Shown here in pieces: positions 18,098 to 26,199 of a DNA stretch of 62,639 bases. Under the pieces are notes generated by a model. That model saw only the letters and a list, made by a program, of their open reading frames with translations. It did no database searches and was not told the DNA's origin. Position 1 is the stretch's first letter, and each line of letters opens with the position of its first letter. A program made the translations under genes and the position numbers. The stretch lies in NCBI GenBank assembly GCA_035477635.1, contig DATIKK010000008.1:1-62639 (forward strand), in the 5' to 3' direction. Origin of the DNA: Bacteroidales bacterium (GTDB lineage: Bacteria; Bacteroidota; Bacteroidia; Bacteroidales; UBA7960).

Positions 18098-18733
18098 ATG
18101 ATAAACAATAAATTAAAAGGCTTACCTGGTAGAACCGTTGAGAGGTTGAGTCAATACCGTCGGTTGCTTTACAACCTGGTCAACATAGATAAGGCTCATG
18201 TATTCTCCCATGAGTTGGCAACCATGATGAATCTTACTTCAGTGCAAGTGCGACGTGATCTTATGCTTATAGGTTATTCGGGGAGTCAAAGTAAAGGATA
18301 TCAGGTAAAAAGCCTTATTTCACTAATCAGCAATATAATTGACAGCGACCAAGGCCAACGTGTAGCAATTGCAGGAATGGGGAATCTTGGCAGGGCTATT
18401 TCGAGTTATTTTTCAGGCAAACGCGAAAAACTAATAATCGTGGCAGCTTTTGATAACGACCTTCAAAAGACCGATCGTATGATTGCCGGAATTCCTTGTT
18501 ATCATATTAATAAAATCAAAGAGGTGGTTAAGCTCGAAAACATAAATATTGCAATTCTCACCGTTGCCCCCGAGGCGGCCTACGATGTAGCAAAGATGTT
18601 TCTCGATGCTGGGGTAAAGGGACTTCTAAATTACACTTCTGTACCCCTTACTGTGCCTGAAGGCGTACACCTCGAAGAATACGATATTGTAACATCGCTC
18701 GAAAAACTCGCTTTCCTTGTGAAGCATCATTAG
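18098..18733 (+). CDS. rex: Redox-sensing transcriptional repressor Rex (NADH/NAD+ sensor)
   Basis: The 211 aa protein has an N-terminal winged-helix block ERLSQYRRLL...QVRRDL. It has the Rossmann motif AGMGNLGRA and the conserved blocks FDND and LLNYTSVPL. It lies 10 nt after the receiver-kinase gene. Confidence 0.88.
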   Translation: MINNKLKGLPGRTVERLSQYRRLLYNLVNIDKAHVFSHELATMMNLTSVQVRRDLMLIGYSGSQSKGYQVKSLISLISNIIDSDQGQRVAIAGMGNLGRAISSYFSGKREKLIIVAAFDNDLQKTDRMIAGIPCYHINKIKEVVKLENINIAILTVAPEAAYDVAKMFLDAGVKGLLNYTSVPLTVPEGVHLEEYDIVTSLEKLAFLVKHH

Positions 18734-18762
18734 ATTCTCCTGACCTTTTTTTTATAAAACCC

Positions 18763-19686
18763 ATGAACGTTTTTTACAGCATTGCCGCAACTGAAGGTAA
18801 AATACCTAATGCTGTTGTTACCACAGGGTCGTTTGATGGCGTACATGTTGGTCACAAAGCCATTATCAACCGGCTAAACTACCTGGCCGCACAATCTGGT
18901 GGACAATCGGTATTGATTACGTTCCATCCTCACCCCCGCAAAGTATTATATCCTGATCAGACCGACCTGAAACTTATTCATTCGCAGGAAGAAAAAATTC
19001 AACTCCTTGGCAAAACTGGCCTTCAGAACCTCATTATACTTCCGTTTTCCGCCGAATTTTCCAAAACATCCTCATACGATTTTGTCAGCAAAATATTAGT
19101 TGAAAAGCTTCAGGTCAAGGTAGTAGTTGTGGGCATGAACCACCACTTTGGGCACAACCGTCAGGGTGACTTTACATATTTATATAACCTCGGTTCAACA
19201 TTGGGTTTTAGGGTAGAGGAGATTTCGCTGCGCGATATCGAAAATGAAATTGTAAGCTCTACAAAGATTCGGAAAGCACTGGCTGAGGGAAACATACAAA
19301 GGGCAAATGCTTACCTGGATCATCAATATATCATTAGGGGCTACCTGCATCAAAATTTTAAACAAGAACTGCTCCCGCAAATCTCCTTCTTATCAATTGA
19401 AATTGAAGAGGAAGAAAAGTTAATTCCCCCGCCGGCCTTTTATGCAACGAGCTTGGTTTGCGAAAAAATGGTAAATAAATCAGTTACTCTGGTTGCTACT
19501 TCCGATGGGAAAGAAAAACCCGAGGTGTTGACTCATATAATTTCCGGCGAGCATAATTTGTTTAGTAATAAGGGAACCATTCTTTTTTACAAGAAATTGA
19601 TGGACTTGACCTGCCCATTAGACAGTGTTATTGACCTCCGGCAATTTGAACAGGCCAAAGAAATGGCAGAGGAGCTTCTGTATTAA
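18763..19686 (+). CDS. ribF: Bifunctional riboflavin kinase / FMN adenylyltransferase
   Basis: The 307 aa protein has the N-terminal nucleotidyltransferase motif GSFDGVHVGHK, the SSTKIR block and a C-terminal riboflavin kinase domain. Confidence 0.9.
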   Translation: MNVFYSIAATEGKIPNAVVTTGSFDGVHVGHKAIINRLNYLAAQSGGQSVLITFHPHPRKVLYPDQTDLKLIHSQEEKIQLLGKTGLQNLIILPFSAEFSKTSSYDFVSKILVEKLQVKVVVVGMNHHFGHNRQGDFTYLYNLGSTLGFRVEEISLRDIENEIVSSTKIRKALAEGNIQRANAYLDHQYIIRGYLHQNFKQELLPQISFLSIEIEEEEKLIPPPAFYATSLVCEKMVNKSVTLVATSDGKEKPEVLTHIISGEHNLFSNKGTILFYKKLMDLTCPLDSVIDLRQFEQAKEMAEELLY

Positions 19687-19697
19687 GCAATAAAAAA

Positions 19698-20477
19698 ATG
19701 TCAGGCTCTACACCTATGCGTATTACTTTTCTTGGTACAGGTACCTCAACGGGTGTGCCTGTTGTTGCCTGCAATTGCCCTGTTTGCCGGAGTGCCGATC
19801 AACGTGATAGCAGGTTGCGGACTTCGGTTCTGGTCGAAATAAACGGAAATAATTTTGTTATTGACTGTGGGCCTGACTTTCGCTACCAGATGATTCGCGA
19901 AAGAGTTGACGACATTGAAGCCATATTGTTCACACACGGTCATCGTGATCATATTGCCGGTATTGACGACATAAGAGGTTTTAATTATGTACTTAATAAA
20001 ACTATTAACCTTTACGCAAGTCAGGAGGTAATTAACGACATCAACAAGGAATTTCCATACATACTTAATGAAAAGAGGTTTTTTGGCGCTCCCCAGCTAA
20101 AGTTTCATGTAATTGAAAACAAGCCATTCAGTATTGGTTCCATCGATGTTTTACCCATTGAAGTGTTGCACTACAAGTTGCCGGTATTGGGTTTTCGCAT
20201 AGGTGGGTTCACCTACATTACCGATGCCAGTTTTATATCTGAAAACGAAATCCCTAAGGCTATTGGCTCTGATGTCCTTGTTATTAATGCATTGCGCAAA
20301 TCTAAGCATATTTCACACTTTTCGCTCGAAGAAGCTCTCGCTGTGATTAACCAGCTTAAGCCTGGCCGCGCCTATATTACCCATTTGAGCCACTTCATTG
20401 GTTTCCATCAAATTGTGCAGAAAGGATTGCCTGCCAATGTTTTTCTCGCCTACGATGGACTGAAAGTGGAAATTTGA
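19698..20477 (+). CDS. MBL-fold metallo-hydrolase (PhnP-like)
   Basis: The 259 aa protein has the metallo-beta-lactamase motif HGHRDH and an N-terminal Cys cluster CNCPVC, as in PhnP-type phosphodiesterases. Confidence 0.75.
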   Translation: MSGSTPMRITFLGTGTSTGVPVVACNCPVCRSADQRDSRLRTSVLVEINGNNFVIDCGPDFRYQMIRERVDDIEAILFTHGHRDHIAGIDDIRGFNYVLNKTINLYASQEVINDINKEFPYILNEKRFFGAPQLKFHVIENKPFSIGSIDVLPIEVLHYKLPVLGFRIGGFTYITDASFISENEIPKAIGSDVLVINALRKSKHISHFSLEEALAVINQLKPGRAYITHLSHFIGFHQIVQKGLPANVFLAYDGLKVEI

Positions 20478-20566
20478 TACCGCCAAATCTATTTAGGTAT
20501 TTCTGGTATTTAAACCTTTTTTTGCAGAAAATAATGTCAATCTGATTTTCGACCATTAGGTTTACC

Positions 20567-20574
20567 TACCTTTG
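20567..20574 (+). promoter_or_regulatory. Bacteroidota-type -7 promoter box TACCTTTG upstream of hydG
   Basis: It is an exact TAnnTTTG match, 25 nt upstream of the hydG ATG. I saw no clear -33 TTTG. Confidence 0.4.
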
Positions 20575-20598
20575 TAAGACAATTACATTAACCGAAAC

Positions 20599-22029
20599 AT
20601 GATTTACAACCCTGAAAAATACAGGCTTAAAGATGAACGGATGAAGCCCTTTATAGATCCGGAAGAACTATTGGGTTTTATCACAAATGTAAAAGCCGAA
20701 AAAACGCGGGTCAGGGAAGTAATTCAGGCATCACTTGACAAAAAACGCTTGTCGGTTGAAGAAACTGCAGTTCTTCTTAACACCGACGATCCTGATTTGA
20801 TAGAAGAAATCAAGGAAGGAGCCAGAAAGCTGAAAGAGAAGATATATGGCGAACGGATCGTGCTTTTTGCTCCCTTGTACGTGGGCGACCTTTGCACAAA
20901 TAATTGTCAGTATTGCGGCTTCAGGTCGGCAAATACAGGTATAAAACGGATAACACTTTCTAAGGATCAACTAATTGCCGAAACCCGCGCTCTTATTGAT
21001 CATGGTCATAAACGTTTAATCCTCGTTTATGGTGAACATCCAAAATATTCGGCCGATTTTATTGCCGAAACTGTTCGGATTGTTTACGGTGTAAGGCATG
21101 TCAACGGTGAAATCCGCCGTGTAAACATCAATGCAGCCCCTTTCGACATTCCTGGTTTTAGGGTGATAAAAGATGCCCGTATAGGTACGTATCAGATATT
21201 TCAGGAAACCTATCATCAGCCTACCTATGCCAAGGTTCATCTCGGAGGGATAAAGCAAAATTATGACTATAGGTTAACTGCCCTTGACCGTGCTCAAGAA
21301 GCCGGAATTGACGATGTCGGCATTGGGGCGCTTTTTGGCTTGTACGACTGGCGCTTTGAAGTATTGGGGCTGGTGCGCCATGTCAATCACCTGGAAGCGG
21401 TTTATAACGTCGGGCCGCATACTATTTCATTTCCAAGAATTCAAAATGCACTTTCGTTCGACATAGAAAAATGTAATCTGGTGAAGGATGATGAATTTGT
21501 AAGACTTGTTGCAATCCTTCGCCTTGCAGTACCCTATACTGGTATGATCCTCACCGCGAGGGAACCTTCGCACATCCGCGACCAGGTGCTGCGCTTTGGG
21601 GTATCACAAATTGATGGGGGAACAAATCTTGAATTGGGAGGTTACTCCAAAGCTAAGAAGCAAGGAGAACAGGATCTTACTATGGAACAATTTCAGATTA
21701 ACGACACCAGGTCGTTGAACGAAATTATGGACGAACTGATTAAAACCGGATATATACCCTCTTTTTGCACGGCATGTTATCGACTCGACCGAACAGGGGA
21801 ACATTTCATGGAATTTACCGTACCTGGTTTTATTAAACGTTTCTGTTCACCAAATGCCTTGCTTACGCTTGCTGAATACCTTGAAGATTATGCTCCGCCT
21901 CAAACTAAAGAAAGCGGGTACCGCCTTATTGACCAAAAGATTTCAGAACTTTCGGAAACACAACCAGTCGAAAGTCTAAAAGAGAAACTTAACCAGGTAA
22001 AACAAGGCAAAAGGGACTTATATTTTTAA
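20599..22029 (+). CDS. hydG: [FeFe] hydrogenase H-cluster radical SAM maturase HydG
   Basis: The 476 aa protein has the radical SAM motif CTNNCQYCGF. Its C-terminal C-x2-C-x22-C motif (CTACYRLDRTGEHFMEFTVPGFIKRFC) distinguishes HydG from ThiH. Confidence 0.9.
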   Translation: MIYNPEKYRLKDERMKPFIDPEELLGFITNVKAEKTRVREVIQASLDKKRLSVEETAVLLNTDDPDLIEEIKEGARKLKEKIYGERIVLFAPLYVGDLCTNNCQYCGFRSANTGIKRITLSKDQLIAETRALIDHGHKRLILVYGEHPKYSADFIAETVRIVYGVRHVNGEIRRVNINAAPFDIPGFRVIKDARIGTYQIFQETYHQPTYAKVHLGGIKQNYDYRLTALDRAQEAGIDDVGIGALFGLYDWRFEVLGLVRHVNHLEAVYNVGPHTISFPRIQNALSFDIEKCNLVKDDEFVRLVAILRLAVPYTGMILTAREPSHIRDQVLRFGVSQIDGGTNLELGGYSKAKKQGEQDLTMEQFQINDTRSLNEIMDELIKTGYIPSFCTACYRLDRTGEHFMEFTVPGFIKRFCSPNALLTLAEYLEDYAPPQTKESGYRLIDQKISELSETQPVESLKEKLNQVKQGKRDLYF

Positions 22030-22044
22030 ACCAGTATAAAATGC

Positions 22045-22082
22045 AACGAGCATGATTCGTTAAACACAAATACGGATGAAAA
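22045..22082 (+). repeat. Conserved leader motif copy 1 (AACGAGCATGATTCG-TT-AAACACA-AAT-ACGGATGAAAA), ending in the start codon of the first TM1266-like gene
   Basis: It is near-identical to 39304-39340. A 15-nt block, a 7-nt block and an 11-nt block are each identical. Confidence 0.75.
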
Positions 22083-22351
22083 ACAACCTCATACTTGGCA
22101 TACTTGTTTTTGACCGGATAAAAGAAGCCGGGCGCACCCAAAAGGTACTGTCCACGCATGCAGGTATTATAAAAACGCGCCTGGGCTTTCACGAACTTTC
22201 GGATTCTGTTTGTAGCAGAGTAGGCACAATTTTGCTTGTTCTCGAAGGTGACCAGGCTGGCTTGGAAGCTCTTACAGACGATTTGTCGAAAATCGGAGGA
22301 ATAGAAGTAAAAGAGTTTACCTTCGAATTTTATACTAAAAAATTTACCTGA
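22076..22351 (+). CDS. TM1266-like small putative iron-only hydrogenase system regulator (NikR C-terminal/ACT-like), paralogue a
   Basis: The 91 aa protein has the pattern LGILV-DR...IKTRLG-HEL...ILLVLEG. It lies immediately downstream of hydG. Family assignment is by size, sequence pattern and context. Confidence 0.6.
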   Translation: MKNNLILGILVFDRIKEAGRTQKVLSTHAGIIKTRLGFHELSDSVCSRVGTILLVLEGDQAGLEALTDDLSKIGGIEVKEFTFEFYTKKFT

Positions 22352-22352
22352 T

Positions 22353-22604
22353 ATGGCTGAATTAAGAATTCTTGGCATCTTAGTATCGCAACGAAGCAAG
22401 GCTGCAGTTTCGGTTCAGCAAATACTAACAAAGTACGGTGGTTGCATTAAAACCCGACTTGGCTTGCATGAGCTGGATAAGCCCGACTGCGAGGATTGCG
22501 GTCTGATTATTCTGGAACTGTCGTGTGATGAGGAGGAATGTAACAGACTCGAAAATGAATTGTTGGAAGTATCGGGAGTCAAATTGCAAAAAATGGTATT
22601 TTAG
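22353..22604 (+). CDS. TM1266-like small putative regulator, paralogue b (Cys-rich)
   Basis: The 83 aa protein is alignable to paralogue a (LGILVSQR...IKTRLGLHEL...IILEL). It has extra cysteines (GGC, CEDC, SCDEEEC). Its start is 1 nt after the stop of paralogue a. Confidence 0.6.
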   Translation: MAELRILGILVSQRSKAAVSVQQILTKYGGCIKTRLGLHELDKPDCEDCGLIILELSCDEEECNRLENELLEVSGVKLQKMVF

Positions 22605-22642
22605 CGATATTTTTGAAATTTTCTTTTGAACAGGCAGAACTT

Positions 22643-23059
22643 ATGGCAAAACTGGTACATTTTTCTGAGGCGGCATCATTGGCACTGCATGCAATGGTAA
22701 TTATTGCCCAAAACAACATTCATGTCAACGTAAATTATTTATCGGAGGAAATGGGAGCCTCGCGAAATCACTTGGCCAAGGTGCTACAACAGTTGGTAAA
22801 GTTCAACTATCTTCGCTCGGTCAGGGGCCCGAATGGTGGATTTGTTCTCAACAAACCAGCTCATGAAATTTCTATTCTTAACATTTATGAAGCTATTGAG
22901 GGAAAAATTGATACTCCTGAATGTCCCCTCGACCGGCCTATATGTCCTTTTGATAAATGCCTGATGGGTGGCCTTATCAAGGATGTTACTCTTCAATTCA
23001 AGGCCTATTTTAATGAGCAAACGCTGCAAAGTTACCTCCCTCCCCGGGTCGGTTCTTAG
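22643..23059 (+). CDS. Rrf2-family transcriptional regulator with three clustered Cys (probable Fe-S sensor)
   Basis: The Rrf2 helix-turn-helix block is LSEEMGASRNHLAKVLQQLVKFNYLRSVRGPNGGFVL, with a Cys cluster ECPLDRPICPFDKC. The track start at 22613 is TTG, so the ATG at 22643 (MAKLVHFSEAA) is preferred. Confidence 0.85.
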   Translation: MAKLVHFSEAASLALHAMVIIAQNNIHVNVNYLSEEMGASRNHLAKVLQQLVKFNYLRSVRGPNGGFVLNKPAHEISILNIYEAIEGKIDTPECPLDRPICPFDKCLMGGLIKDVTLQFKAYFNEQTLQSYLPPRVGS

Positions 23060-23221
23060 GGTTTTAACCTCACCGAAATTTCCTTGTTGACAGTTGTAAA
23101 TTTTTCTGCCTTCAATCACGTACATGGAGTGGTGATATATAATTGAGGTTAATGCTGATTTTTTCCATGAAAAGATTGTTTATTTACCGATTTTTTAGAA
23201 ACAAAGCTTAATTACCAATGT

Positions 23222-23250
23222 TTTGCATCGCTTAAACTTAATTATTTTTG
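23222..23250 (+). promoter_or_regulatory. Candidate Bacteroidota promoter upstream of dxs (-33 TTTG, -7 TATTTTTG)
   Basis: TTTG lies at 23222-23225 and TATTTTTG at 23243-23250, with 17-nt spacing. The box is 36 nt upstream of the dxs ATG. Confidence 0.45.
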
Positions 23251-23285
23251 TCCCGTTGTAGATATTATCGCTCAAGTTTCTGCTA

Positions 23286-25220
23286 ATGTCAATTTATCCA
23301 ATTTTAAGCAAAGTTGATTATCCATCCGATCTGAAAATTTTGACGGCTGATGAGTTGGTGCAGCTTTGTTCGGAAATCAGACAATTTTTAATTGACGCTG
23401 TCAGTTCCAATCCCGGACATTTCGGTGCCAGCCTTGGAGTTGTGGAGCTTACGGTGGCTATACATTACGTTTTCAATACACCATACGACAAATTGATATG
23501 GGATGTCGGCCACCAGGCTTATCCGCATAAAATTCTGACGGGCCGAAAGAAGTTGTTTCATACAAACCGGCGATACAAAGGGATAAGCGGTTTTCCTAAA
23601 ATGCAGGAAAGCCCTTACGATGCCTTCGGAACTGGTCATTCATCAACCAGTATTTCGGCAGCGCTCGGCATGGCAGTGGCTTCTAAACTAAAAGGAGAAA
23701 CAACCAGACAGCATATTGCAGTGATTGGCGATGGCAGTATGACTGCAGGTATGGCTTTTGAGGCGCTTAACCATGCCGGGGTTTCAAATTCAAATATATT
23801 GGTAATCCTTAACGACAACGGCATTGCAATTGACCAGAATGTTGGAGCATTAAAGGAATATCTGACAGATATTACCACTTCAAGAACCTACAACCGCATA
23901 AAAGACGAAATCTGGAACATTTTGGGCGCCATCGGCAAATACGGCCCTGATGCACGTGGATTAATCCAGAAACTTGAAGCAGCTATAAAGACATCAGTGT
24001 TCAAGGAAAGCAACTTGTTCGAGTCGCTCAATTTTCGCTACTTTGGACCGATTGACGGGCACGATGTAAACTACCTGACAAACATCCTGGCTGATCTTAA
24101 ACAGATAAGGGGTCCTAAATTGTTGCACGTTATAACAGTTAAGGGAAAAGGCTACCCGTTTGCTGAAAAAGAACAAACACGCTTTCATGCTCCCGGATTT
24201 TTTGATAAGCACACCGGAGAAAGCATTGAAACCAGTTCATCCGTTGGTCAACCCCCCAGGTACCAGGACGTTTTTGGGGAAACATTACTTGAATTGGCAA
24301 CAATTAACCCTGCAATTATTGGTATTACTCCAGCCATGACTACGGGCTGCTCCATGAACATTATGATGGCCAGCATGCCTGAACGAACATTCGATGTGGG
24401 TATTGCCGAACAACATGCCGTTACTTTCGCAGCAGGTTTGGCAAGCCAGGGGTTTATTCCATACTGCAATATTTATTCTTCGTTTTTCCAACGCTCTTAC
24501 GATCAGACTATTCATGATGTGGCCCTTCAGGGATTACCGGTAGTATTTTGCCTTGACAGGGCAGGCCTGGTTGGTGAGGACGGAGCTACACACCATGGGT
24601 CATTTGACCTTGCTTTTTTACGTTGTATTCCAGGACTTACCATTGCATCGCCAATGAATGAGGAAGAGTTTCGAAACCTTTTGTACACGGCACAACTAAA
24701 ACAGCAGGGTCCGTTTGTGATTCGCTATCCCAGGGGTAAAGGGGTAATAAAAGACTGGAAAAGACCATTTACTGAAGTGCCAGTCGGCAAGGGAAGGATC
24801 GTCAAGGAGGGAAGACAAGCAGCAGTAATCACTATTGGCCCTGTTGGAAATACGGCTTTGCAGGCTGTTACTGAACTCGAAATTTCGCATGGATATTCTG
24901 TTGCCCTGTATGACCTGCGGTTTTTGAAACCCATTGATAACGAATTACTTCATAAGGTATTCTTAAATTTTTCGTTAGTTATTACCATTGAAGACAACTC
25001 GGTTGCAGGTGGTATGGGCTCGGCTGTGGTGGAATTTATGTCAGATAACAAATACAAGGCATCGGTAGTGCGAATGGGCATTCCAGACCGTTTCATTGAG
25101 CAGGGTACTCTTGATGAGCTACATATCGATTGTGGTTTCAGCATAAATGATATTAAAAATTCCCTTTTGAAAGAACTTGAACCGTTAGCTAATCCTATAT
25201 TAAAGGACCAATGGAAGTAG
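23286..25220 (+). CDS. dxs: 1-deoxy-D-xylulose-5-phosphate synthase
   Basis: The 644 aa protein has the TPP-binding motif [15 protein letters not shown]. The N-terminal [12 protein letters not shown] block and the transketolase-like domains are present. Confidence 0.93.
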   Translation: MSIYPILSKVDYPSDLKILTADELVQLCSEIRQFLIDAVSSNPGHFGASLGVVELTVAIHYVFNTPYDKLIWDVGHQAYPHKILTGRKKLFHTNRRYKGISGFPKMQESPYDAFGTGHSSTSISAALGMAVASKLKGETTRQHIAVIGDGSMTAGMAFEALNHAGVSNSNILVILNDNGIAIDQNVGALKEYLTDITTSRTYNRIKDEIWNILGAIGKYGPDARGLIQKLEAAIKTSVFKESNLFESLNFRYFGPIDGHDVNYLTNILADLKQIRGPKLLHVITVKGKGYPFAEKEQTRFHAPGFFDKHTGESIETSSSVGQPPRYQDVFGETLLELATINPAIIGITPAMTTGCSMNIMMASMPERTFDVGIAEQHAVTFAAGLASQGFIPYCNIYSSFFQRSYDQTIHDVALQGLPVVFCLDRAGLVGEDGATHHGSFDLAFLRCIPGLTIASPMNEEEFRNLLYTAQLKQQGPFVIRYPRGKGVIKDWKRPFTEVPVGKGRIVKEGRQAAVITIGPVGNTALQAVTELEISHGYSVALYDLRFLKPIDNELLHKVFLNFSLVITIEDNSVAGGMGSAVVEFMSDNKYKASVVRMGIPDRFIEQGTLDELHIDCGFSINDIKNSLLKELEPLANPILKDQWK

Positions 25221-26059
25221 AAGGAATTTCTGGTTTTTTTGGTGATCCGGACAGGGTTTTGATAGCTTTTGGCTTAACCCTATTTGCAGGACTTGCAACT
25301 GGTTTTGGCAGCGCCATTGCCTTTTTTGCAAAAAGGACCAACACCAAATTTCTGTCAGTTTCGCTTGGATTTTCGGCTGGCGTTATGATTTATGTTTCGT
25401 TTGTTGAAATACTCTTTAAAGCCAGACAAATACTATCTCTCGAACATGGCGAAGCAGTTGGTTACATTATAACCTTGGCGGCTTTTTTCACAGGCATGGT
25501 CTTAATTGCCGTAATCGACAAGCTGGTTCCTACCTTCGAAAATCCTCATGAAGTTAAATTGGTTGAGAAAATTTTTATCAGTGATCCAACTAACGGTAAC
25601 CGAGTAAAATTATACCGCATGGGTATGCTTTCGGCGGTCGCTATTGCCTTACACAATTTTCCTGAAGGTTTGGCTGCGTTTATGGCGGCTTTGCACGATT
25701 TGTCGCTAGGAATTCCTATTGCTGTAGCTATCGCGATACACAATATACCAGAAGGTGTTGCCATATCGGTTCCGATTTATCATGCTACCGGCAGCAAGCG
25801 AAAAGCATTCAGTCTTTCATTCCTTTCGGGACTTGCAGAACCTTTGGGGGCGCTTGTCGGATTTCTGATTCTTGCCCCTTTGATGACCGAAACCTTGTTC
25901 GGCTTCCTTTTTGCAGCAGTTGCCGGTATAATGGTTTTTATATCTGTAGATAACCTGCTGCCTGCTGCACGCGAATATGGCGAACCTCATTTATCCATTT
26001 ACGGACTTATGGCAGGAATGGCTATTATGGCTTTAAGCCTGTTTATGTTCGTGGTTTAG
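25211..26059 (+). CDS. zupT: ZIP-family zinc transporter ZupT
   Basis: The 282 aa polytopic protein has duplicated motifs HNFPEGLA and HNIPEGVA. It overlaps the dxs stop by 10 nt. Confidence 0.85.
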   Translation: MEVEGISGFFGDPDRVLIAFGLTLFAGLATGFGSAIAFFAKRTNTKFLSVSLGFSAGVMIYVSFVEILFKARQILSLEHGEAVGYIITLAAFFTGMVLIAVIDKLVPTFENPHEVKLVEKIFISDPTNGNRVKLYRMGMLSAVAIALHNFPEGLAAFMAALHDLSLGIPIAVAIAIHNIPEGVAISVPIYHATGSKRKAFSLSFLSGLAEPLGALVGFLILAPLMTETLFGFLFAAVAGIMVFISVDNLLPAAREYGEPHLSIYGLMAGMAIMALSLFMFVV

Positions 26060-26199
26060 CCATGGTTATGCCCTGCCATGTTTGACCATGGTAAAAAAAT
26101 TCCAAATCATAGGCATCAATTTGGTTTTGGCTCTTGAAAGTTCTTAGATGCTATTCAGGCCGGAAGCTATTTGCAGGCCAAGAACACTGTATCCCTTAC

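Noticed and set aside
20573-20587. TGTAA-GACAA-TTACA inverted repeat overlapping the hydG -7 box, considered as a second Rex box.
   Set aside because: It has an odd-numbered 15-bp geometry and 5-nt arms. When forced onto the 18-bp TTGTGAA-N4-TTCACAA frame, the second half-site mismatches almost completely. It is too short and AT-rich to separate from chance.
23064-23166. Long-range 9-bp inverted repeat TTAACCTCA / TGAGGTTAA enclosing a smaller ATCAC/GTGAT stem and followed by TTTTTT. I considered it as a structured RNA or riboswitch upstream of dxs.
   Set aside because: The 71-nt loop is atypical for a terminator. The predicted dxs promoter (23222-23250) lies downstream of it, so it would not be in the dxs leader. 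It has no resemblance to a TPP element or any other element I know. At most it is a weak 3'-UTR structure of the Rrf2 gene.
26060-26091. CCATGGT...ACCATGG hairpin after zupT, considered as a terminator.
   Set aside because: The stem is 7 bp with an 18-nt loop and is followed by an A-run rather than a T-run on the zupT strand. On the opposite strand the T-run precedes the stem. It is not a convincing intrinsic terminator for either convergent gene.
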